Assembly (NCBI GenBank): GCA_002633005.1
Contig: NMRA01000896.1
Coordinates: 43,270 to 107,269 of the forward strand
From: Phoronis australis
Lineage: Eukaryota > Animalia > Phoronida
Length of the DNA stretch: 64,000 bases
Direction: 5' to 3'
The first letter of the stretch is position 1. Each line of letters opens with the position of its first letter. The notes under the pieces were generated by a model, which was not told the DNA's origin, did no database searches, and saw nothing but the letters and a program-made list of their open reading frames with translations. Made by a program: the position numbers and the translations under genes. Shown in pieces: positions 12,497 through 26,079 of this stretch.

Positions 12497-12687
12497 GAAC
12501 TAAAGTTGTGTCACGCGGCTGTTCTTCCAAGAAGCCGTGGGACGGTTGCAAGGGAGCTAGCGTTGGCGGCATCGGTGGTACAATTTGTTATTGTACCGGT
12601 GACAACTGCAACCCAGCTGCGTCGCCAATGGCAACTTGGAGCGCCATTTTGTTAGCGGCCCTTTTCGCAGTGTACAACGCCATGTAA
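12497..12687 (+). CDS. Ly6/uPAR three-finger protein, paralogue A, exon 3 (RGC...CYCTGDNCN plus hydrophobic GPI signal); spliced product 117 aa with 10 Cys in the mature domain
   Basis: Acceptor ttattctacag; the three exons sum to 354 nt; CxCxxDxCN motif, then a C-terminal hydrophobic tail and TAA. Confidence 0.92.
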
Positions 12688-12952
12688 ACTACCAACGAAC
12701 AACCGTTTTGTGAGCTTATCTAGTGTCTTTTCTTGTCATGCTATAGATCTGCCCTTTGAAATACAGAATGTGTGATCTTTTAAATTCTTCAAAAAAAAAA
12801 AATTGTGGTTTATATTGTTTTTTGTCTGTGCCATTAAATGTTATATCTGATGACATGAGATGTCAAATTATATAATCGAAAACTAATGAGACAACCATCG
12901 AGCTTTTGACCACTTTTGTAGGTGCCTGTTTTGTACGTTTCTCTTTTTATTG

Positions 12953-12958
12953 AATAAA
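12953..12958 (+). terminator. Candidate polyadenylation signal AATAAA of Ly6 paralogue A
   Basis: AATAAA about 265 nt after the stop, conserved at the equivalent position (about 36619) in paralogue B. Confidence 0.5.
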
Positions 12959-13167
12959 GACTTTGCAACTCATATATTTGGTCTCACTGTAAAATAAATC
13001 TGACACAATTACATTCTTTTGGCCATTACAACACCAAATAATTTAGGTTCTCATCTTACCAATGTTGTTTAAAAATTAGACATTCGTTAAACCGAAGTTT
13101 ATGAAAATAACCGCTGTTATTTGTTTAATTTTCTACCTTAGCATCTTACATGGGCCATTAAACTCTA

Positions 13168-13510
13168 TCCCTGAAATCCCAATGTCGATCTCACGCTGAA
13201 GTGGCTGCGCCGTGCGTGCGTGGAATTTGTCTACATTAGCTTTTTCCGGTGTTGGTTCCTGCGTATGGTATTTAGTGTCACTAAAACTTTTCGCAACTCA
13301 GCCGTTTTTTAACCAAATTTCATGAGTCATATCATTAGAAAGGCCTCTATCAGTTCTTGGTGGTGTATGGTTATAACAGAAGCAAAAGATGAATAATTTA
13401 ATAAATGAATAATTACCATTTTGCATAACTGATAGGATTGAAAATAATTTTTAGTTCTGAAGTTTAGAAATAAACTCATTTTCTTCAGAAAGTAAAAATT
13501 AGTGAGAGAC
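13168..13510 (+). repeat. Dispersed repeat family (ccctggaatgccaac...gcgcatgcgtggaatttg...)
   Basis: Further copies at about 36820-37110 and 57205-57610; fragments at about 2735-2830 and 22765-22870. Confidence 0.7.
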
Positions 13511-15745
13511 ATTGGAACATATTTTTACGATTGTTAAGTTACTAATTTAGTGGAGTCTGAAAGTTTAAGATATTCATAACAAATATACAATGTTATTTTG
13601 AAAACCTGTCGCACAGTTGTCACGGTCAACAGTTGAGAATGAAAAAAAAAACGGACAACTGGATTGAAAAGGGTGACCTCCTGATATAAAGCGAGACATC
13701 TGGGTTTAAGCCAAAACGGAAGAGTGAAATTGTCACCGCAACACACAAAAACGTCCCCATAGTGTTTTTCGTCAAACGGGAGACGTAATACCCAAAAGTG
13801 CCTTATAGCTTTTGTTCTTGTAGTCGAATGGGAAATTGCGGGTGCTGAAACAAAACATGAAACGCAGCAATATTTTTTTTTTAGTCGAACGGGAAAATAT
13901 GGCTATATCGCGTGGGAAATTACAATACTATTAGACCGGGATGCCTGAGGTTTTTCGGCCAAATTTCTTTGATACCAAATTGATCCATGGATATCTCAGT
14001 GCTAGGAAATGGCCATCTGGCAGGTTCGCTATGGTAGGTGTGGTCAGGAGGCATGAGAATGGCACTAAAAAATTGAGCTCGATTAACTTTTCTTGTTATC
14101 GCTTAAAAATACCTTCGACGACTACCACTAAATGTACTGTATCAAAATTATCCCCTGCCAGACAATTTCAGTGGTAGAGAACATCCGGTTAGAACTGAGA
14201 CCAAAAATTAAGGTAGGTAACCCCAAGAGGTTACCGCAAAAAACTATAAAACTGGTTACAAATTACTCACCATAGACCGAAGTATCATGAATGAACATTG
14301 CCAGGCAAATTCAGTTGTGGATTACCCTTGCCATATATGCCCAAATTTCCGAGTTGAGCTAGCCCAACCCACCAGGTAACTCCACGCGGCACAGCAGTTA
14401 CATGCCAGACAATTTCAGTGGTGGGGTTCCCTTGTGAGATAAAAAAAATTGGGTCCTAAAATTGAGCTAGATCTACCCGAGAGGTAGCCGCATAAAATCG
14501 GTTGCAAAATATTCAAACTGACCCCATGTTATCCAGTCGCAGAGCTCAAGAAGTTAACATCCAGCGAAACTCACACAGGCCAAATTCCCGATTATTCGCG
14601 CAGCTTTCGGGATTCTCCCGAATTTCGTTGCCAATGGTTTACTACCCAGCAATTCTCGGGCTCCCGAGCTTAATTGCTGTTCACATTTCGAAACAACAAC
14701 TACATTGCCCACGTTTCGAGCACATACAAATTACAAATAGCGGCTGGCCTGCCCGAGTATCAGAAGTATCTAAAATCACAACGCTGCAATATACCCGCAT
14801 ACTAGATCATGGATCAACTGAAATGCTTACAAGTGTCACACATCGTACATATATATTTATATGTATATAATAAACATATTTATTATACGCCTAGTAGTTT
14901 TCAGTATCACACTCTGTCCGCACCGGGCTCGTAAAAGCGGGGGGTAATGGTCAGATATAACGTGTTCGAATTTTGAGAATCACTGAATAAAGGGCATCAA
15001 AGAGGTTCTCAAAATACGGGCACTGATACCAAGGAGTGGGGTACAATAGGAGTGTTTACTTGTGAGTTCGCAGTTATCGCTACTAGCGCCGCCAAGTGGT
15101 GAATAAGCAACGGTCAAGTAGGAAGCATGAGAATAATGGGGAAGGCCGCATTTTGCAGCGCAATGAATTGCGTAAATTCACACACGAAAACACCAGGTTT
15201 GAGCAAAATGATCATGTCCTTTCAGAGTGCCGAAACATTTTTCTATTACCCCATCTAAGCCTCCCATTTTTACGTTTCCACGTCACGGTTTGGTCTGTTG
15301 TTACCCCCACTATTTCAGACAGGTTTGACATCATAGGAACAATGATATTTTTCACCTTTTAAGCAGTTTAAACCAGGTTACTATGCCGTCATGTGCCAAT
15401 ATGACCGTTGACACAGCGACAGCCCCAGTCGCAGCCACAGGGCCTCAAATCTGGGGGTCTCCGTAGGTGAAAAATCGACATAATTTTAACGTGCCAGTTG
15501 AACCAAGTTAAGCAACACCAGCGCGTCAACGAAAACTTAGTTCTGTGTGCCAATGATGAGAGGCGCGGCCCTAAAAATATACCTGGATCGACATTTGAGT
15601 CCTAGTTTTTTAGTTGACACCAAGACGGTTTTGTCTTTATCACAGGCACAGTTAGACAGGACTATTGTTGTGTAGTGTAGTGTAGGCTACCAGTCTTCTA
15701 TGAGCCTAGTGAGTATGTGGTTTGTTCCTGAGTCTCTCTGTTTGA

Positions 15746-15915
15746 GGTGCAAGCGCTGGGAGCCGACCTTATGAATGGAGGTGCAGCCTACTTGTCCAAG
15801 AACTCCAAGTTATGCTCTCGTCACTTCGAGGAGTCCATGTTCATGAATGCTCGTATGAAGAATAAGCTTATATGGAATGCAGTGCCAACAATATTTGATG
15901 TCCCGAATCCACCAA
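15746..15915 (+). pseudogene. THAP zinc-finger fragment (THAP12/PRKRIR-like, transposon-derived)
   Basis: Translates to RCKRW, then by frameshift ADL...SKLCSRHFEESMF...KLIWNAVPTIF (THAP C..HF and AVPTIF box). Confidence 0.75.
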
Positions 15916-18900
15916 AAATGAAGATGTCAAAAAGTTTTCCATAAATTATATGTATTGTGGCTCTGGAATAGACTTATTTGCATGTCTGATTATCGTCTCA
16001 CAAAGCAAGTATTTTACTGGGACATCACGTGTAGAAAAGACAATTGGTCAAAACCAGTTTTTCAAATTTTTACTAAGGTTGATAAGATTGAAACATTTTT
16101 GAAAGGTTAGCCTGTGATTTGGAGAGAGCCAAAGTGAAAGTGATGGATTTTTCAGAGTCTGAACGGAGAGCTACTAGAACCAGTTTGCTTCTTGATGAAA
16201 AACACCTCTGTGAGTAAATTAGTTTTCAGCTTTATTTGTAATGCATTTCTTTGGCGAAAAGAGCTGTTGTTCACTAGTCAATTAATAGAGAGTGAGAAGG
16301 CTGGTCAGCTTTTCTTGTTGTCTTGGTGTATGTGTTGCCTATTTTGTACGTTTTTGGAGATTGGGATTAATTTAAGCCCCAGTTGTAGCTAGGTAACGGA
16401 TATGATCTTGTGGTCAGGCTGTAACTTACCTAAAGTATTTACTGTAATTGATAGCAGGAAAATAAATTTTGGTCTTGTCATTCAAGTCTTTTTAGTTCAG
16501 TTTTGTGTGAAGTTGTATGGGTAGTGAATACTTTGATTGCTGTTACGTACCTCTTAAATTATTTTATCATGTCATTTTCAACTTTGACTAGTTATGAGTT
16601 ATGATATACACAATGTTACTACGTTTTGTAAAATGTGAGCAATTCTACAGATTAGCAGCAGACTTGTAACTGTTGGTGATTATAGTGGGAGAGTGGGGAG
16701 TTTACCCTGCATGTCACTAAGAAATAATGGAATGTTCTAAAATTATACGTGAGAGTGCACCAGAATGGATTACAATGTTGTGGTACTGATGAATTGCCTT
16801 GCTTTCTTCTTCTTACTTGTGGAACACCCACTGCATAAAACAGTTGTCTGCATTGCCAATAGCCTGGTGCATTGAATAGGAAACACAAGCGAAATTGACC
16901 TAAAGCCAGGATTATGACTGACGGCTTAATTGACCAATCAGAACGTAGCATTCTTTACACACCTTCGTCTGCGATTCCAAGCCGCCATTTTACCCGACAA
17001 ACAAAATGTTGTCGCGTAAAAGTTAATTTAGTCTATAGCTCAAGGAATTGTGTGATAAGAATGGTAAAACGGTGTTGATATGACGTGTGTAATTCTGACA
17101 GCCGTCATGTAGCTCGAGAAGAATAACCTGTCATTTTTTGGGCATCTGCTAAGCGAAGAAGTGATGTCAAGAGGTGTAAACTACCCTGATCAAACTGTGT
17201 GAACTGACACATGAGCTTGATTTCTAGAAGTTTAAGCACAAATATATTTGTTCCAAGATACGCACTTTTCAGTTTGGTGGCTATAGTGTAGGCCTATCTG
17301 ATTTTGACTCCGGAGTTTCACTCGCCTGGCCGACTTTGTCTCGGCACCTGATGGATCTCGGCACTAGTCTAGCGGCGGTAGTCTCCGGAAATTGTTGTTT
17401 TTAATAGAGACATTTTTATTATTTTTCATTTATTTCGACCTAATGGACATCTTTTTTTTTCTTAGCAGAGGTATATACCTCTAGGCTGGCGTTCAACTGA
17501 ACTTCCCTCCAAAATCGAGAGTCGATCGCACGAGGAGGGGCATTGGATTACCGAACTCAAAGCCTTGTTTGAGCAGTTGTCACGAAAAAATAAACAGTTG
17601 AGTTACTTTTTGATGAAAACTTCTAGTATACACTTCGCCTGTAGAGTTAGACAGAGCTCACTGGGCAGTTTCTCAACCATGATATTTAGATTTATGAAGA
17701 TTAAAAAAATTGAGTTATTTTTGTAAATAGCCATTTTTTTGCCACTACGCCATACGTGCCACAAAACTGAACGTGTGGATAGTAGTACCAGGTAAGAGAT
17801 GAGATTTACAAAAAGAACATCTCAATGAACCATTTCCTCTCCCATGACGAAGAAAGGCTCAACTTACTGAATATCTGTCTGCAAAGCCACTTCAATTTAA
17901 TAAAGACAATGTGGCTGCTTATAAATGGGGTTTTGATTATGTTTCTCATGTAATAAGTTGCATTTTCAGATTTCTTGACCACAAAAATGTGTGTGGAGCC
18001 ATTAAAACTAACATTCTAAGTGACCCAAGAGCAAAGATACCGAGGAAAATGTATTTTACGGGTGCCATTTTTAAAAATCCAAGATGGCCGCCAAGATGGC
18101 CGCCAATAAAATTAAAATTTCTATTCCTTGACCAGAGAAATGCAGGTGTAGCCATAAAAACCAACATTCTAAGTGACCCAAAAGTGGAGCTATTGGGCAA
18201 AATCAATTTTACCGTCTTACTGTGCTTTTGGAATTTTGTTTTTGATAACCGTTTTGCTATAAATTTGTATCACATTATTAGAAACTCGTATTTGACCAAT
18301 TTGAAGTGTTAGCTTTTTGGTTGGGCACAGGTCGGGGTAAATATTCAAGTTACCAATAGCAAATGGTTAGTTCTAGGATTTCAATAAACATGAAGGGTGT
18401 GTTTTACTACAGGTTTCATAGTACATTTTGAAAGCGATTTAGGTTTGATTATTTAATCATAAAAGTCACTGTCATTTGTGGCTTTGTTATCATTTTTTCT
18501 GTGGTGACTTATGAAGATAAAGGACATTGTTTATTTCTATCTTAACTTTCAATATAATTTGATACCTTAATTTTGGTCATATTTCGTGGTTGTTTTTGCA
18601 TCGAAATACATTTAGTGGGATATGTAGTGAAGACAACAGGCATAAAAAAGAATAGTTCTTTTGGAAATATGTTTTATTCACGCCTTGCTAATACCATGAT
18701 TGATGGCACACTTCGACGACCGATACACTCGCAAAAGCTGCCGGTGAACTCCTTCTAGGGGAATATGAAGGTAAGTTGTTTCCCCACACTTGTAGGATGA
18801 CCACGATAGGGCGGAATGTCTCCTCAACTTTAATCGCTCTGTAGAGTGATGTTGTCATCCACTAACGCCGTGTAGCTCGACAGTGAAGTCGCAGAGGAAG

Positions 18901-19057
18901 CAAGTTAAACAAAAATTGCTTCTATTGTCCTGCAGGATGAAACCTGACGTCGTACATGGCTGCTGCCAAGAATTAACATTCGTTTAGACAACAAATAGCT
19001 TATATGGAATGCTTTAACTGGAAGTTCAATGTTAAATTTATGAGCTCTGACAGAATG

Positions 19058-20150
19058 CAGTGACGAAAGCTTTTCGCGGAGCAAAGATATTTACCAACAC
19101 TCGCGTTTCAGTCTCGCCCACGGGAAAACATTTGCTCGCTCCTGTCCTTGCATGCAGTACAACAAATACATTTCTAGGCAGTTGCTTATCTTATCTATAT
19201 GACGGGATGTTTGCAGTACAAATAATATAAGTAAGCTATTAAACTTTGACTAACATGATGACAAATGTATTTCCCGAGACACTCCGTAGCGGGAAATCAA
19301 ATTGCTAATACGGCGATTCTATGAATAGCAACATTTGGATGCAGTGACGAATGCATTTCGTGGAACAAAGATATTTCCCGACACTTGTCTTTCAGTCTTG
19401 ACCACGGGAAAAACATGGCCTTGCATGCACCAAAGCAAAAATATTTCTAGACAGTTGCTTGTCCTGGCTATATCCCAGGATATTTTCAAATTCAAATTCA
19501 TGTATTTCAACATTTAAGGCCTTGGCCCACATGTTGCATAAAATTTGCAGGATAACGCTGAGCAGTTTTTCCCTGATATCCCGGGATATTCACAATACAA
19601 ATTATAAAAGTTACCAAACTTTGACTAACCGTATGGCAAATGTATTTCCCCGAGAAAGTCCGTAGCGGGAAATCCATTTGCTATGTATAGTCCTCGAACG
19701 ACCGAACAATTGCATGCAAAGACCAATGTAGGCCTATTTCGAAGAGCAAAGATATTTCCCGACAATTGCGGGATATTCATATAGTTACCAAAAGTGGCCA
19801 ACCGCTTGGCAAACGTATTGGCTGATGTGCACATTCTACGAAAGGCCACGCAGTGACGGATGGATGTGTTTCCAGGATCAAATGTACTTCCCGATACTTC
19901 AGTGCTTTCCAGTCTCGACAACGGGAAAAACATTTGCTTGCGTCTTTCCTTGCATGCGCCAGATCAAATAAATATGTATGAACACTCGAAATATAAAAGC
20001 AGTAAATAGTGGCAATATTAAATCCATAAACACCAAATTCGCATTTGATTAAATTTTACACACGCAATAAGGCTCAACAGAAGCAAAGATTTTCCCGGCA
20101 ATTGTTTTTAAGGTGCCTTGGCAAAAGCTTTTCCTGACAAAGGTTTTTCC
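19058..20150 (+). repeat. Degenerate tandem array with recurring gcagtgacg...caaagatatttcccgaca...cgggaaaaacat units
   Basis: Full or partial units start near 19058, 19341, 19741, 19850 and 20080. Confidence 0.7.
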
Positions 20151-21493
20151 GTGACACCGCCCCACCACAAAACAGGACCGCCGGAGGCTAACATTTTTAA
20201 CTGGTCATTGACACAAATCATACAATGGGACTATACGTATGCGGGTCGTATGCCGCTTAATCCACCGAAAATACAGCTTATATAACTAGACATCTTAAAG
20301 GCGAAGGCAACCTTTTTCATGTCATTTTTAGCAAAACTAAGGTTCGTTGATTATCTCAGACATATTTTTCAGTTAATTACAGTTATTTGTAATTTAAAGA
20401 ATTACTCTTTCTGTACTACGGAAGTGACGTTTTGGGAGGCAAGAATTTCGCGCCAAATTCTTATCATATATTCTGACTGTGAGAGCTGCCGAGTCCGTCA
20501 TTGTTCTATCTCGGTTGTGATAAGTTCTGTTGTCATTTGCTTTTGTTTACGAGTCAGTCAACATGGCACACTGTTGTTACGTACCGAGATGTACTCTCAA
20601 AACCAATTCAAGAAAGAGATCTTAAGTTTGACTTAAGTGTTTGACATAAGTTTTGTCTTAATTTTGACTAACTTATCAAAATTGGAAGTTTCAAAGTTTA
20701 GAAGTTAAGACAAATCTTAAACTTAAGTCAAAAATGAACTTGCCAGTTTCTTGGAACAGGCCCCCAGTACTTTCACATCACCCTTGCAATGAATGGCCTG
20801 GATACATACCTCAAAGCGTCGTACTCACAGGCAGAATCCCTTGACACAGCATTGACGTACAGTGTATAGTGTCTATGAGTAATTAGTTCAGATCAGGCAT
20901 ATGCGGGTCAAATCTCCAGTAATGGCCCAATCATGACAGGTCACAGTTGCTGGCACTAAGCACATATATAGCACAGTTATGTCCAGGCATAATAATTAAA
21001 TCGCAAGAAACATGGAAAAGTGCCCAGAGCACAATACGCTCAAGCCACAGCCGCTTGAGATCCAAGTCAGATGTTACCGAGTAAATGTAACACAATCAAT
21101 TAGCTCCGTCACGGCACGATCGAGGTACAAAGCACATTGGGTAGCAAGGTATTCACTCCACACCATGCACTGTACCGGTACTATCCTACATGTATATCTT
21201 GTCACTGGGTCAGCTGTTTGTCAAAACTGACTGTTTGCACCTGCGCGCATTTATCAAAAGTGGGAGGGAGCTTGGAGATCTACATGTGGTTATGTGGTTA
21301 CCACAAAAACTTTTCTTCGTACTTCTTTCAAAAACCCTGAATTGCGTGATTTTTTCTGAAAATTTCCTCACAGGGGAAAATGGATAACTCTCTAGTAGAG
21401 GTTGCAAGAAGGTACTTTCGTTATGAACCGTTTAAAACATATTTTTCACGAGTTTTCGCGGTCCATGCCACTTTAAAAGGATTGTTCTGAAAC

Positions 21494-21585
21494 CCCCTCG
21501 ACCTCCTCGACCCCCACACCCCTCGACCCCCTCNCGACCCACAACCCTCGACCCACGACCCTCGACCCACGACCCAGAAACCCGT
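21494..21585 (+). repeat. Minisatellite of CCCTCGA / CCCACGA heptamers
   Basis: Direct reading of the tandem heptamers. Confidence 0.8.
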
Positions 21586-21799
21586 CAACCAAGTCTACAC
21601 AAGCTCGAATCGATCTGAACATAGAACAAATGCTGACCTGTAGGACCAATGAGTTGGGCCGTGAGCTCGGCTAGCTTTTCTCTGTTTTTTTACAATTAAG
21701 GCAGTCGATTCGGCAAGTTTGAAGACCGCACACACATGAGGCACCTTTCCCCTCGGATATGAACGAGGCCTCTGAAGAAACATGATAACTATGCTTGTT

Positions 21800-21959
21800 C
21801 CAGGGGGGATCCAGGACTTTGAGTTGGGGTGGGCAAGGCAGGGTATTAGCCAGGATTTTGCCCGTCAGATATTCGCGCTCCTGAACTGCCAAATGGAATC
21901 TGGAAGAATTTTAGGGGGGGGGGGGGGAGGCTGGGGCATAGCCCCTTGGTTCCGCCACT
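21800..21959. mobile_element. G-tract MITE (CAGGGGGGATCCAGG...TGGTTCCGCCACT)
   Basis: Imperfect TIR and poly-G interior; TSD not established. Confidence 0.5.
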
Positions 21960-23227
21960 TTGTTCTGTCCAGTTAACTGAAATTGAGCTCTAAAACGAGG
22001 TTTGGACGAAAGAATTAGGTGTTTTTTTAATTTTAAAATACAACTTGGTCGAGATTGATATTTGAAAAATATAACACATGAAATAGACGTAATTATTAAA
22101 ACCAAGAAAGCAGAATTGATGGTCATATAATTTTTATTTTCAATTGCGAGCCTTGTTTTTTATCATAATCAAAATATTTATTTAATAACATCAAGTATTA
22201 TTTCAGATCAATGACAAATCAACTGTTAGTCCCGGTAGTGCCTACCTCACCAGGACCTAGGCTATGCTTGAAGCTAATAGGCCTACTGTTGATCAACTAA
22301 TTAAACCAGATGAGACTAATTGCACATGACAGCAAAATGCTATGAGCCACCACTGTCGAATATATCTTCAACTCGTCAACAATACGACCAGATGACCTGG
22401 TTCGTATAGAAAGCATTTTTATCAAGAATTTATTAGAAGAAACGTAACCCTGCATTCAGCATGATACCTAATCCGTAACACTACGATCGCCGCAATTTGG
22501 TCATGTTTACTTTTCATGTTTCGAACCTAGTTTTCCGGAAAAAAAACTATATCCTTTCGTCAGACAACTCTTTGGTGCATTGACTTGTTCTTTAACTGTA
22601 TTTTTCTACGTCTCAGTGGTTAATTATTGACACATTTTTTAAGATTTAATATTCAGGTTGGACTCCAAAGACCGGCCATTTAACTCACGCAATGTAAATT
22701 TCCGCTTTGTTTATCGCAGTGAGCCTCGCTTTGGATTTTAATGTCTGCCGTGTGAATAGAGTCTATGGAATTTGTTTTGCATTCATTCGCTCTGGTACGG
22801 TGTTGGATTTACCAAAGATTTTATAGTATCTTTGGATTTACTATGGATTTTCTATCAGTGAAACTTTTCGCAGGTTAGGTTCGGCAAAATTTATATTTCT
22901 TACATGGTTATGAGTGATTGGGAAATTCATCGGCCTGCGGTATTTACTTGTGTTAGTCTACAGCAAACACCTCACACTTACAATCCTTGTGAGGTTTGAT
23001 AAGCAACACTAAACGATTATGTCTCAAGCATCAGTAACTTTCAAGTGTGGTACCAAAAGAATCACTTTCAAAGTATGCTACATATTTTTAAAACACCCCG
23101 TATGTACACTACCACTGCAACAAATGCACTGCGCATGACTTAATCGAGGGCTTGTGTTTGGAAGAAGTCCGTCATTTACAGTCTCGTCACTCTTAAATTA
23201 TCAAGTGCTACTGAAAGCAAACTTAAC

Positions 23228-23276
23228 ATGAAGACACTCGTCGTTTTGGTTTTGGTCATCTGCGTGACAGCAAGCA
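23228..23276 (+). CDS. Ly6/uPAR three-finger protein, paralogue B, exon 1 (MKTLVVLVLVICVTAS)
   Basis: ATG, signal peptide, A|GTGAGT donor; homologous to 3220-3268. Confidence 0.9.
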
Positions 23277-26079
23277 GTGAGTACATCAAAATTAATTTGT
23301 ATCAAATCTTGATTTTAGCCCAGGTATTAAAATGTCAGAAATGGTGTGAAATATACGCTTTAACATTGTTTAAGCGGAACATACTCTGTTGTTAAAGAGG
23401 GATTCGGAATCAGTTTTGTTTTTGTAAATGAAGCACTTATCGTGACATTGATGATTTCACGCGCAGTGTTAGGATGGGATATACTAAGCAGAGTGTTGCA
23501 TTCACAGAACATTCATAGACAGAATGCACCATGTAACCCAGATCTGTGCCTATTTAAAACAGCGTCAAACTATTTGTTTGTGCTTGTATAAACTGATAGA
23601 GTGTAGTGAAACTATTGTTCCTGAGCGATTATGTTTGCATCTGTTTGTATCTGAATAATTAGTGAGATATCGACGGAGCTTTGTCGGTACTCCTATGTTA
23701 AAAAAGTCTTTGGGCGTTACTAATTTGAAATGCTCTCTTAGTCACAATTTTCTACCCTCTTCCTAGACCACTTCCCCCTTTCTCCGCGATTTCAGAGCTC
23801 CCCCCACATCACTTTCAAGAGGAATCTGTAACTAGGAGGCGGGTCCCCAAGTTTGTGCTTGTCACTAAACTTTAGCTAACTAACCTAAATAAAAGCTTTA
23901 GCTTTATTGATAATTTGGTATTGCTTTCTTGATTTCGTTATGTACACCCTGCTCGAGATTTGGCGGCAGACGCCACAACTTACGCGAATGTCGCCGATAT
24001 GGAATGACCACCAGATGGGTGCTTTTTGATGAATTAAAAAGCATTAAAATTGAAAGGTCCCGTCTCTCATGCATGGTGATATTGGATAACCTTACAAACC
24101 ATGGAAAATTATATACAGGTGTGGCTTCCAAAGTAGGCTTATGGATCACTATTTAGAAAGTTCGCGCTATGCTATCCACCTAGTATCCGATGTCACTTGT
24201 GTACAGTAGCAATTTATACTTTAGTTAACAGGTCACCGCGCTGGAGCACGTGACATAACTTAAGATCGAACTCCGCACCCCTCGAGCTTTTTAACGAGTG
24301 TCATGTTATTGAGCTATTGAGCTTCATTTGTATGTGGTCGCAAAACAAATGACACAATGCTGGGCGTCTTAAAAATTATAGCTCCAAACCCTTAACTATT
24401 ACCATGCTTCAGTTATTTTCACTCGCCGTACCTCATGTAAAACTAAGTTAAAAACCAATACTCATGCGCAAATCTGCGTTGGTCGACCATAAAATCAATT
24501 CAACAATTGTTAGCTATCTCTACACCGTTGACAGAATACTATTAATGTTTTCCTGTCTCTTTAAGTGATATGGAAGGGGAGGGGTATTGTTGCTACACGA
24601 TGCGTACCAAGAGTGCTACGTTTGTTTAGCGGCAGCAGTGAAAATTCCGGACTACAAACAACATGTTTGTGGTCCGAGGTATAACCATGTTGGCGGTAAT
24701 CACATGCAGCGATAGTTCACGTCTCCTGCTTAAGGGACATTATACTTTTTACAGCAGAAAAAATCTATTTTTAGGATTATCGTTCGATGGCACAAATTTT
24801 TTAAAAAGTTATTAGGTTTTACCAGGATCCGGAGTCTATTCTTAGTACTTGGAAGTCGAAATTATTAATCTTACCTTTTCAGTTCTATTGTTGTGAGAAC
24901 TCAAGAAATATGTCAATACGGTCAGCCTGGTAAGAGAACGACCGTGGCTCTTCCCTGGAGACATCTATTTAAAACTTTAAGTTCATATTGAAAATACTTT
25001 CTCAAAATCGATTATATAGAGTGGTCGAAGGGCGAAAATTGATGAACTACTTGCCGAGACACAAAACTTGTCACCACTTAGTACTGAGTAATTAATGCGT
25101 GCGTTATACTGCTTGAATAATATGTTCAGCATTGTAGTGTTTGAAATGAAGATATATTCTCTACAAAACCCAATGTTTTTAGTTCCTTGAAGTTGTTTCG
25201 AGGAAACTTGAGTCCAAGAATTCGGAATGTGCTCTTGTGCCGCCATTTTGAGAGCAGCTTCCCTTGTTGAGTTTTGAATACTTGGCGCGAATCCAGGTAC
25301 CCCTCAGACAAGTGGAAATTGTCAAAAATCTGGTTGGTAATGACATATTTTAACCTATTATTTTAATCTTGAGTGAAAGAGCATTCGGATGATTTTTTCC
25401 TTTCTTGCACCGGGGCAGTCGTGGATTTCCGACTTTAGGTGAAAAATTCCAAAATGGCACTTTTTTGGTCATATTTGGCATCTCGATTTTTTTTCACGGT
25501 AGATGTAGCAACTTAAAAACCTATGGCTTTGTTGAATTTTTCCATTTTTGAGAAACCTCATAGAATTTACTTTCTGTCAGTTATGCCTTTGTTTCAGGTG
25601 TTAGTGACAGCTGCGCAAATAAGGGCTTTGATTAGCCCAGGCCAGTGATAAGGTCAAAATCAGTCACTGATCCTGTGGTGTTAGGCCTGTGTATTTCTTA
25701 GTGTCCTGTTTGGGTAGTTTTGATTGTCACAATCTAGGGAAAGCGTGTTGTGGTAACCATTACGGCGTTCACCCTTTACTTGTTCGATTGGATAGCAAAC
25801 GAACAAGTTAGCGGCGGACTGACCTAGCCAGACAAAAGACTGCACCCAGTAGTTAACAAAGGATCAGGATGTTTTCACTAACATGATAACGTAGAATTGT
25901 CATGAGGACTTGACAGTGACCTCAGGAGTCTCACACTCCACTGATTTATCCACATTATTTTGAAAACGCTTTGCCTGGTCTCACATTGTGTGTCATAAAA
26001 GAGATAAGCATACTTGCAACTGACACAGCAAGTAGAACTACTCTCGTTTATCACATTGGTGTACACGCACAAATGAACC

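Larger units (their letters stand above)
2860..14918 (+). repeat. Segmental duplication unit A (Ly6 gene plus flanks); boundaries approximate
   Basis: Collinear similarity with about 22867-39076 across promoter, introns, UTR and downstream DNA, interrupted by copy-specific insertions. Confidence 0.9.

Noticed and set aside
10410-12687. Secreted three-finger toxin
   Set aside because: Both paralogues keep an intact C-terminal GPI signal, so they are predicted to be membrane-tethered; nothing in the sequence indicates venom use.
17467-17482. Perfect 16-bp palindrome AGAGGTATATACCTCT as a P-element excision footprint
   Set aside because: No flanking TSD and it is a single occurrence.
19058-20150. 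CRISPR-like repeat-spacer array
   Set aside because: Units are long, degenerate and irregular, the intervening sequence is also repeated, there are no cas genes, and the context is eukaryotic.
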